64,000 nt of DNA, from the NCBI GenBank assembly GCA_000002445.1, contig CP000071.1, positions 1,984,001 through 2,048,000 on the forward strand. Direction: 5' to 3'. Origin of the DNA: Trypanosoma brucei. Lineage: Eukaryota. Shown piece by piece: positions 9,981 through 19,800 of this stretch. A model generated the notes under the pieces. That model did no database searches. It was not told where the DNA came from and saw only the letters and a list, made by a program, of their open reading frames with translations. Numbering within the stretch: position 1 is the stretch's first letter; each line of letters starts with the position of its first letter. The position numbers were made by a program, and so were the translations under genes.

Positions 9981-10775
9981 TTAATACTTCAACGGCTGAT
10001 CAACAGGGTGGTTAACTTCAACATCCCTGACCAACTCGGGTAGTTTACCAAAAACACGATGGTATTCGTCCAGTGTCAAGAAAAGGTCACTCTTCACATA
10101 CATTTTCAGAGACGACGTGTTTGGAAAAAGAGTTGGGTGGCTCGTCCTCGCGTTGTCCAAAAAATTTTTTCTCTTAGAAACGCCTTCTGAAAGGACAAGC
10201 GAAAGTAACTTCGTAAGCTTACGTACGTCATCTGCGACCATCTCCGCAATAACATCTTCAGGTACGTCCACCTTTTCAGACTGGGCTACAACCCCAGGAA
10301 TCTTATCTACAAAACAAACGTATTGACCACCAAGTGGAACGACATCGTCATTTAAATATAGCACCCGCACGTCAGAGAAAATAGGTTCCTCCGTAGACTT
10401 GCATTCGGCGTCCATGAGTATCAAAAGTTCAGCCACATATCGATCAACCGCTTCAAAGAGCCCAACAAAGTGTGTCCCATAATCGAGAAAGATACCCGAC
10501 GGTGGTGAAGGGGGGCAACTCTGCTCGCTCAATGGGTTTCGACTCTTAACTGTAGCTGCATCGATCAGTTCCTGAAACACCTGGGAAAATGGACGCGAGG
10601 AGTCCTCCTTTAATTCGCCTGCAATTACTACCTTGGAAATAAAGGGATCCGTTCTATTTCTTTCCATCGTATGAAACTGCTTGAGCATTACATCCAGCAA
10701 TGTTTGCGCCTCCTCAAATGTATCTGCAGCCCGTAGTTGAGCATCCTCGGCTACACTCGACCCACCTTTTGTCAT
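9981..10775 (-). CDS. Hypothetical protein
   Basis: 264-codon ORF with an ATG at 10775. It is the first gene of the minus-strand cluster next to the strand-switch region. I recognise no domain. Confidence 0.45.
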   Translation of the reverse strand: MTKGGSSVAEDAQLRAADTFEEAQTLLDVMLKQFHTMERNRTDPFISKVVIAGELKEDSSRPFSQVFQELIDAATVKSRNPLSEQSCPPSPPSGIFLDYGTHFVGLFEAVDRYVAELLILMDAECKSTEEPIFSDVRVLYLNDDVVPLGGQYVCFVDKIPGVVAQSEKVDVPEDVIAEMVADDVRKLTKLLSLVLSEGVSKRKNFLDNARTSHPTLFPNTSSLKMYVKSDLFLTLDEYHRVFGKLPELVRDVEVNHPVDQPLKY

Positions 10776-13700
10776 ATTTCAATATCGACGGAAGCTAGTT
10801 GATGCGGTGGAAAGTGATAGGGTTAGCAATATCAGACGGAATTTGGCTCTCGAATAAGACACTGAAAGTAAGAAGACTAGGTGCGTCACTAGAAAAGAAT
10901 ACGGCATACGTCATGCCCACATAAACACAAAGGCAAACCGGGAACATATTGTATGCCCCTTCATACCATCCAAGGATATAACAGTAGGGTTAAAGCACCA
11001 TGTGATCAGTATGACTGGGTTCAAAAAAAAATACTTACATCACGTATTAATAGTCTTCCAGGATGCAAAACATAACAGACTGACTATGGTGAGATTTGCC
11101 CCCACAGATGCCATGAGACTTCTGACCGTCGCTACCGCTGGATGTAGGAACGGCGATTTAGTGATATGCATCGAAGTGAGCAGACTGGATGCTGCAACAT
11201 TTTCAAACGGCATCCGATTCCCAGAAAATGTCTCTGAAAGTTCCAACTCAAGTAAAGGTGGAAAACACGCTAATGCCAGTGAGCAGTAGCTGATGCAACC
11301 CACGTAACGGTCAGAAGTGTATCAGAAATGATTCACGATGTTTTCTATATCACAGGTGGAGAGTGATTGTAAAAAAGAGGCTCAGATATTCCCTCTGGCC
11401 GAGACTGCAGAATCTAGGTGGGAAGCGCCGCATCGTAAAACAAAAATAACGCCTTCGGAGTCCACCATGTCGCGCAGAGAGTTTTCGGTGATATATTAGT
11501 TAGTGCCACGAAAAAAGAACGCAGTAAAAAAAAACCACATGGTACAAAAAGGTTGAATCACCTAACAAAGGAAAAGGGGAAAAAGAGCGTCCAACAACAA
11601 CCATTACACAAAGAAAAAAGTAAAAGAAATGTAACGACACACCACCAAAGTGTGTAGCAATCCTTTGCGGCCGCATACCTCCGACAAAGCGTACCACATA
11701 AATGCACTTCTTGAAGATATGCAAGTTTGCACAAACCCACTTGCCCGAATGTATGCATTTTCCTAGACCGCACCCTGTCCCCTCTTTTTTTCCTTTTTAC
11801 AGGTGGCTGAGATGCTATGAAAACATGGAGACCCTCCCCATCTCACAAACACACCCCCTCGCGAGAACACAAACAACGCTCTCGTTATAAACGGCCTGTT
11901 CCACGGCAAAGCGTGGCGTTAGGAAAGCTCTTACATATTCCTCATTACGACTAGGCGCGTCGAACGAAGAGGAAGGGGTACACGGGAGAGCACTTCCACA
12001 TCCTACCTCTTTCAAGCTTGTGCAGAAAGCGGATCGGGTCCCCCGTGGGAAAGCAACCATCTTCATGCAGCACTTTTAGGGTAGGACACCGCAGTCCGTG
12101 TGGGGAAGTTCCCTTGAGGCATACCTCCAGAGTATTAAGCTGAGTAGCTACATTGTGTCCGTGTTTGTACCTGACGAAAACAACTCGTTCGACGCCTTTC
12201 GTTGGGAAGTCTGGGCACCGGAGGAGTTTTGGAGCCAGATTTGGCACCAGGGCGGTTCCGTCACCCACATCTCCTCTTGCTGTGTCTCCCGCCGGGTGCT
12301 CATGCCTAGCGACTCTGGCCACCCCTGACATGGACATATTGCTTACCCCACCAACCGCACCTGTGGCACCTTCCACTCCGACTTTCGATTAATGCTTTCT
12401 TTTTTTGCGTGTGTGTAGCAGTTCCCGACCCCTTGCTGAGGAAGAAGGATGTTGATGTTTTCGCTATCTTCCTGTTCGCCCCCATCCCTGCACTCCTTGC
12501 CATCTTGACCTTCATTTACTAGGCTAGCCCTCTCATTGCCTCACATATTCCGCCCCCTAATTCCGGCGTCAGTATTCCCCCGATCAACGGGGGTGTTGCC
12601 TCTTCATATATTTGGGCACGTAACCCCAGTGACAGTGCCTTGGACATGTAGGATGTCTCGGTTGTTCGACCACCATATGAACATGCCACCACTACTCCGT
12701 GGTGACTCCCGCATACAAAACCTGTGATCTGCCAACTGAACATTCCACCCGAACGTTTCGAGCGTACTCAGCGTCCAAACATTTCTCCGACTGCTTGTGT
12801 GTCGCTCCCTGTGGAGCGATACCCGTCCTTTCCGCTCTTGCGCAGTTGGGCCTGCGCCTGCCACCCTTCGACTGGCGGAAAGCTGTTCACCAAAAGCGCT
12901 GGATTCGCCACCGGTCATGGGTTTTGCATAGGAATCGCGCGATTTCACGCGCTTTGTTTTTTCGCAGACACCTGGGAGATGCTGTCCCTCCACCTGTTGA
13001 AAGTTTTCAAACACGGATATTGGCATCCGTCTGACGGGGTCATCCTCCATATATTTCCTCTGGAGTGCCCCTGGAACGTACCCCCCGGATCTCGCACTTC
13101 TCTGCTCCAGGTTGGAAATGCCACTCTCTTCTTCCTGGGAATAGGTTCCGTTTGAGCACGGTAGATTGCGGATGGCATTATCTCACTCGTGGTGCGCACA
13201 CCTTACAACTACTAGGGAGGCCGTTCCGTCATCTTGGATGCACGCTATCTCCTGGGATGTGGCCGATCTGATTTCTCAAAAGAAGAAAAAGAAAAACATC
13301 TTCGGTTGGTGGCTCGCGGTACTGATTCCGCTGGTAGCCTACCAGCGGCATCAGAGGTTACACAGCCGTAATCACTGCCAGAGTTGTTTTTGGTTAACCC
13401 GTTCTGCCGATGCACCGTATCCTTGGAAAGCGATAACTGGGCAGGCATCTGCTTCGCGGTTCTTTTTCTCCCATGTGGCCATATCCCTTTGGCTATTTTC
13501 ATTCGCGCGGTGGAGCCACAAACCAAAACTATTCCCCCGCCCGTTAACCCTCTGAGGCAAAGGGGAGCCACAAAAGTTGTTGGTGGTTCACGCTTACTAC
13601 CGCAACCGGTGGTGTTTCCACCACAGCCCAGCGGTTGCCGCTCAGTTGCGGCCACACTGGAACCCTCTTGAAAGCAGGCTGCTGTGACAGTAAGCGGGTT

Positions 13701-15222
13701 GGCAACAGCTACGCTGGGGCAAGGGTTATTGTTGAAGCATCCAAGCTAGGTGGGTCCCCTACATCTTTTGAGTGACGGTGGCTGAGAATGGATATCCCAC
13801 CTTGATTTGTCAGCAGCTCACACCAGCAAACTTCTAAAGTGCTGTTATTATCGTCATGCCGCGATGGTTCAGAGAAGAGAATGGTGTTGGCTGCTCGCCA
13901 TTTTCTTTTTTTTTTTTGGGGGGGGGTCTGGGTGGGGCACAGGCGTGTACGCCTCCCTCTCGAGAGTCAACGCCCAGTCGTTTATAAGACCGTGACGTGG
14001 CCAGAGTGGCCCATGGTAGGTATAATAGATTTCCCTCTGAACATTATGTTATAAAGCGGGGAAATTTGTGCTAACACTCAATTTTACGTTTGCCATACAC
14101 TGCCTTTTTGGCACTGTTAAACTGTCACTTGCTCAGGAATGCCAGTGCTGGTGGTTTGGATTCTCGTACACAGTGTTTACCCGGATGTTTACAGCGTTTC
14201 CGGCAGCGTTGGTTGACCGTTTACTGTAATCTCGAATGACTTCTGATCTTGGGTTGCAGGTGTTTGCTTACCCAACGTGGCTGTGACGGAGGTCCCAGTG
14301 ATGTGTTTTCTCCCCCGTCACTTGTAAACGCTGGAGGCTACTTAATATCTGTTGATAGGTTTTTAAAGTGGGGAAGGAAAAGTATCACCTCTGCAAGGAA
14401 ATTAACAACATCCCGCTTATCTCGTCTCGCAATGCGTCACTAGCGGGATGCTTCCCCCTTCGCACTGAAGTAGGAAACTCTGCCATTTTTAAAAAAAACC
14501 TGGCAAAAAGTAGATGCACAGTGACCTCTTGTAAAGCGGCGTTGTTAACTTAATCCGTGCGTTTTTGTTTAGTCGCTTTCAAGCGACATTTCTGTGTATA
14601 TCTAGGCATGTGTGAGGATCCTCTCCATATCCTCGCCGGTCTGATGTTTGCTTTGTTGCGCACCTGAGCGTTAACCGGGCATCCACGGGGTTATGTTGAA
14701 CACCTAACTGTGTGATTCTGACAGGTGAAATACTGTTTATCCTTGCCGAGTGATTTATGTTGATTAATGGCTGAGTGACAAACGTCCCTGATTATGCTAA
14801 CAGCACCGTCAGACAACTGACACTCGCTTGATGGTTCACATAGTGTCGTCACACTCTCTACATTCCATAGCCGGCGCTGTACTTAGATTTGTTTGTTTTG
14901 CAGTCTTACTTTCACAAGGAGTAACGACCTTACTTGAAGTATATATGTGTGTGCTGTGCTTGATTGACGGAGTTTCCCAAGGGAGCTGTTTCTCACCTCT
15001 TCCTTTGTGGTGCCGTATTTACGGTGGCAAGTGCGACCAGTCACGCTTCGTATTGGTGGTGGTGGTTCTTTGTCGGCCACTTTAACCGCCGCTTTTGGGC
15101 ACTAATAAATTTATCGGTACCATTTTATAAGGTGTGTATATTTTTTTGCCCGCAGTTGGCACGTATAAAACAGCTTCCGGCTCCTTTCCTTTTCTATTTG
15201 CTCATCATTACGTAGAGTTTCG
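10776..15222. promoter_or_regulatory. Divergent strand-switch region, a putative bidirectional RNA pol II transcription start zone
   Basis: All convincing CDS to the left are on the minus strand and all to the right are on the plus strand. This 4.4 kb gap has no convincing CDS. It contains a T12-G9 tract and AT-rich non-coding sequence at 13700-15200. In trypanosomatids, divergent strand-switch regions are where polycistronic transcription initiates; this is established knowledge, not visible in the sequence itself. Confidence 0.6.
13901..13937. repeat. Homopolymer junction T12 then G9 (ttttcT12G9tctgggtgggg) inside the strand-switch region
   Basis: Direct reading at 13906-13926. G-tracts and poly(dG:dC) are described at divergent strand-switch regions in trypanosomatids. 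Confidence 0.85.
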
Positions 15223-16518
15223 ATGGCCGAACCGTTCTCGACGATCCTTGGAACCGACGGCAGCGGTGGTCGGTGTAAATACCTGAACAAAGGGATTGTA
15301 GGATTGGGTTCCTATGGTGAAGCATATGTAGCGGAGAGCGTGGAGGATGGGTCTCTTTGTGTAGCAAAAGTCATGGATTTAAGCAAGATGTCTCAGCGGG
15401 ATAAGCGGTACGCGCAGAGCGAAATCAAGTGTCTGGCCAACTGTAATCATCCAAACATTATTCGTTACATTGAGGACCACGAGGAAAATGATCGGTTGCT
15501 TATTGTCATGGAATTCGCTGACTCAGGCAACCTTGATGAGCAAATAAAGCTTCGGGGCACAGGAGATGCGCGCTACTTTCAAGAACACGAGGCCTTGTTT
15601 CTCTTCTTACAACTGTGTCTTGCCCTTGACTACATCCACAGCCATAAGATGCTGCACCGCGATATCAAATCTGCCAATGTGCTGCTCACATCAACAGGAC
15701 TAGTTAAGCTGGGAGACTTTGGATTCAGTCATCAATATGAAGACACCGTATCAGGCGTCGTTGCAAGTACGTTCTGTGGCACACCGTACTACCTGGCACC
15801 AGAGCTGTGGAATAATAAAAGGTACAATAAGAAGGCTGATGTGTGGTCGTTGGGTGTTTTATTGTACGAAATTATGGGCATGAAGAAACCATTTTCAGCA
15901 AGTAATTTGAAAGGTTTGATGTCGAAGGTTCTTGCTGGCACATATGCTCCCTTGCCGGATAGCTTCTCGTCCGAATTTAAACGTGTTGTTGATGGTGTCC
16001 TTGTAGCGGACCCTAATGACAGACCAAGTGTAAGGGAAATTTTTCAGATACCGTACATCAATAAGGGTCTTAAATTATTTGTGCAAGCACTGAAGAAAAA
16101 CGAACGAATCTCGGACTCGGTGAAGGAGGTCCTCGTAACACAGGTCAGCGAAATCTTATCCTCGGAAGTGAGCCCTGATGCACATCGTTTCCTGGTATCA
16201 CAAATTAACTACGACGTTACACACCGAGGACATGTAAACAAACTGGGTGGTGGAAACGGGAAGTCGTGGAAACCGAGGTTTTTGCAGATTGTTCGCGGAC
16301 AGCTCATTTTAACAGATGATGAAGAAGGAAATAATCCAAAAGGCCTAAACCTTGAACAAGTGCAGGGTGCTTGCCCGGTGCCTCACAGTACTGCAAAGAG
16401 AGATTTTGTGTTTGCCCTCAATACGGTCGGCGGAAAGGGTATGTGGTTTCAGGCTGTATCACATGGGGACATGGAAATGTGGGTTCACGCGATTCAACGT
16501 GGTATAGGTGTCGCCTAA
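15223..16518 (+). CDS. NEK-family serine/threonine protein kinase with a C-terminal PH domain
   Basis: Kinase subdomains: VAKVMD, HRDIKSANVLL, DFGFS, GTPYYLAPE. The NEK-like N-terminus has an acidic-residue pattern. The C-terminal roughly 110 aa (WKPRFLQIVRGQLIL...FVFALNTVGGKGMWFQAVSHGDMEMWVHAIQ) fits the PH-domain pattern. ATG at 15223. Confidence 0.8.
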   Translation: MAEPFSTILGTDGSGGRCKYLNKGIVGLGSYGEAYVAESVEDGSLCVAKVMDLSKMSQRDKRYAQSEIKCLANCNHPNIIRYIEDHEENDRLLIVMEFADSGNLDEQIKLRGTGDARYFQEHEALFLFLQLCLALDYIHSHKMLHRDIKSANVLLTSTGLVKLGDFGFSHQYEDTVSGVVASTFCGTPYYLAPELWNNKRYNKKADVWSLGVLLYEIMGMKKPFSASNLKGLMSKVLAGTYAPLPDSFSSEFKRVVDGVLVADPNDRPSVREIFQIPYINKGLKLFVQALKKNERISDSVKEVLVTQVSEILSSEVSPDAHRFLVSQINYDVTHRGHVNKLGGGNGKSWKPRFLQIVRGQLILTDDEEGNNPKGLNLEQVQGACPVPHSTAKRDFVFALNTVGGKGMWFQAVSHGDMEMWVHAIQRGIGVA

Positions 16519-16855
16519 ATGTGCTTTCGCTTGCTTAACGATTGTTTTAATTATTTTTTTTTATTGCTGTGAATACATATTTTTATTCTTTCAATTATTA
16601 GAAGAGACATGGGACTGCGGGGGTAATCTATAGTTGTTCGTTTGCTTTTTTTGCTTGTTTGTTTGTGCGTATGTGTGTCCGGTATTAACGCTCTGTGTTG
16701 CTTTTGTGGCAGCTTGTGCTATATACGAGCCCAAAAGAAAACTGTTTTTGGTGGCGTCACTCCCTGTTCGGTTCATAAACTTTCGTTGTTGCTCCATCCG
16801 CGCGCTCCGTGCCAAACATTATAGGGTATTATTACGCAGTGTATTTTTATATTAG

Positions 16856-19800
16856 ATGGCAACCAACGCGCGCATTCTAGGGTTCAACTCTCCCTCTGCT
16901 CTCGTCGCTGCGGGTGACGACTTTCTCCTAGGAGCGGGGGGTGGCATCGTTATCCGACGCAAGGAAGAGTCGTCCCAGTGGATCCCTTGTGAAGGGCGCT
17001 ACGCGATCGGTGCGCTGGCGTTTTCACCCTCTGCAGGTTTGCTGTGCGTAACTGAGGTGAAGCTGGATGTGTCGCTGCACGTTTTCCGATTTCCAGAACG
17101 TCACCACCTGCAGTGTATTGATAATGTTGCGACCGTGGATGTGCAGCACATGTTATTCTCGAGTGATGGAGAAATGTTAGCCCTTCTAACATGTATACCA
17201 ACAACTTGTGTTACTTTTTATTCAGCCGCTCGCGGCAACAGATTGGTGAAATGTGCCTCGACCGAGCTAGGCGGTGTCTTCTGCAAGCACTTAACGTTTC
17301 CGTTGCATCGGCATGATTGTATAGCCGTTTTGGAACCACACGGTGTTCGAATTGCGTGCAACATGGATTCGGCCACATTTGTACCAAGTATTCTCACATT
17401 GAGTTCGAAGGGACACTATTTTCACTCTTGCGTATGGGGCACTGAGGGTCTGTACTGTGGTGCTGGTAGGGGTCAGGTAGTTCTCTTGGACGAGCTGAGA
17501 ACAGATATGAAGAATTGTATAAACTGCGAAACACCTCACAATGTTACTGCTCTACTGCAAAACGGGACTCTTTTATTCATTGGAACGGAGTGTGGTGATG
17601 TGTTTACTTACAATATTGATCAGAAGGCACAACGGCTGCTTGTGAGATTAGGTCGTTCGGTAGTTCGTTTACTGACGTTACCAGACGTAAATGATGTTTT
17701 AGTTGCAACCAGTACCGATGTAACAAAAATTTCTGTGGACACCGCGCAGTCTGTTTTTGTTCGACGCCGGAGCGCCTCCGACACTGTGAAGCTTCTGGTG
17801 TTGGGAGGTCTCGTCGTGATAGTGTGTTTAGATGGGAGTCTCGTTACTTATGATCAGGACACGAATACAGCGGTGCACAACCCTGTCAGATTTCCCGAGA
17901 AAGTTGTAGATGCGTGCGTCGTGGACTCCGTAGTGGTAGTCGTATATGACAGCGGGTTCGTCCGTTCCTTCACAGTGGAAAATACCGTTAGTGTTGTTTC
18001 CCAGATGAAGGTAAGTGACTGTCCCTTGACCGCTTGCACATCTGACGGAGTTTCACTCTTAGCTGTATGTGACAAAAATGTAGTCCATTTCATTGAGGTG
18101 GCAGATGGACTTCTTGAAACCGCAGCCTCCTCGGATATATTCGCTTGTGCCGTGACTAACTTGCGATGGGCAGTGAATGGTGGACAATCGGTGCTGGCAG
18201 CATGTAACAATGGCGAGGTGCACAACTTACGCTTCACTGGGAAGTGTGATTCCGCGTCAGCTGGTGTGACTGTTGATATGACTTGGCGCTTGGACTTCCC
18301 GGTTAACGACTTTCTGCCTCTCTACGGTGACGGCGATGTGATCAACGTCTTCGTCCACTCGGTGGACAAAGACACCAAGATGTACGCCCTGGAGCGGCAG
18401 CGAGTAAAGGAGAGTAAACCCCTGAGGCCTTACTTCCTTATGCGTGATCATGAATGCGGTGGCAATGTGCTGCAGCGTCTTGGAGGGGATAGCATCATTT
18501 CCGCAGGAGGAGATGGCAGAGTAGTTGTAAGGGATATCTCACACTACTTGATGAAATTACCTCCTGTGCCACCGACGAAAGAAAAGAAACACCCACTTAA
18601 GGAATTTTTGTTACGACCGTTTGGTAGGGGCGGTATTACGTGCCTCTCGGTGTGGAATGCTGCCGGAGGGTTTGTCTGTGGAGGAAACGATAGTGTTGTT
18701 CATTTAGTTCCCGTTGGGAAATCACCTATCCACTATTCATGGAGTGAACCCTTCTGGCACCAAAGAGCTATCTCAACATCACCGAGTCGTGCAAGTTCTC
18801 CAAGTGATGCTGAAACACTTTCAGCAGAACGGTCGCGCTGCCGTATAATATCGGCTCTGGCCGACCTGAGGATGGAAGTAGAGAAGCTGCTCCAGGAAAG
18901 AACCCCAACTGTGCGCGCAGAAGACTTCCTTTTGCCTGAACAACGACAAGCGTTTAACGAGGAATGTGAGGTGGAGATCCACAAGGCGAGGGAAGATGAC
19001 TACTACAGCCTGGTTCACAATGAGTTCGTGCAACACACGATCAAAACTGAATGTTGGGACGTCATGGAGGTGCAACGCTCGAAAATCGTGAGCATGACAG
19101 ATCCCGAAACGGAAGTTCACAACTTCCATCTGCGAAAACCTTGTGCCCAACGAGCAAAAATACAGAAAAAAATCAAACTGATGAGGGCTATACAGATAAA
19201 GACTGAGGAGTGCTTTACGTTGTCATCACTAGTTAAAAGGGCTAAGGAGGGGAACTTATGCACGGAGCAGCAGGTTTGCGGGCCCCCCAGTGATGTAGAC
19301 GAATTGCTTTATGACACTTTGGACGTCTACACCGGCCCTCGCGCGACCATACAGTTGATTTTGCTAGAATGTAAAATTCTTCACGAAAAAAAGTCATTCA
19401 ACATCCGGTTTGACACCTTGCGGGAGCGCAAGAGCCGAGAGCTGAATCTCATTGCGGAAAGGAACGGACGTTGCGTTCGCATCATGCAGCAGCTGGGAGA
19501 GCACACGTGCCCACCAAATGTTTTATTCACTCCTGTTTTTGATATAGAGGAAGACCCCCAAACTGTCTTTGAGGTTTTTGACTCTGAGATTGACCCTGAA
19601 CTCCTCAAACTAGCCGTCAAAAGTGACGATGGGGAGCTTGTAGTTTCCCCTTCCGATGAAGCTGCTTTAAAGACCTGGATGGATGGCCTCGAGAAAGTCA
19701 CCGAGGTTCTTCGCGTCAACGTGCCGATTCCCCCATTCGCTGACAACTCACTCGAGCAATATGTACCGCCTGAAGAGCGGAGTGATGAGCAACAGAGAAT

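Noticed and set aside
11002-13655. ORFs inside the strand-switch region (11002..11289 plus, 11951..12376 minus, 12604..13050 minus, 12724..13155 plus, 13166..13555 plus, 13245..13655 minus) as candidate protein-coding genes.
   Set aside because: They overlap one another on opposite strands. They have no domain signal, no convincing polypyrimidine-AG plus ATG context, and low-complexity products. I report them as a compositional anomaly rather than as genes.
13960-14030. tRNA-like sequence (GGCCAGAGTGGCCCATGGTAGG) in the strand-switch region.
   Set aside because: A loose A-box resemblance is all I can point to. No T-loop GGTTCGA[A/T]TCC motif follows at the right spacing, and no acceptor stem could be paired by eye. 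I scanned the rest of the strand-switch region and the intergenic spacers for box B motifs and found none.
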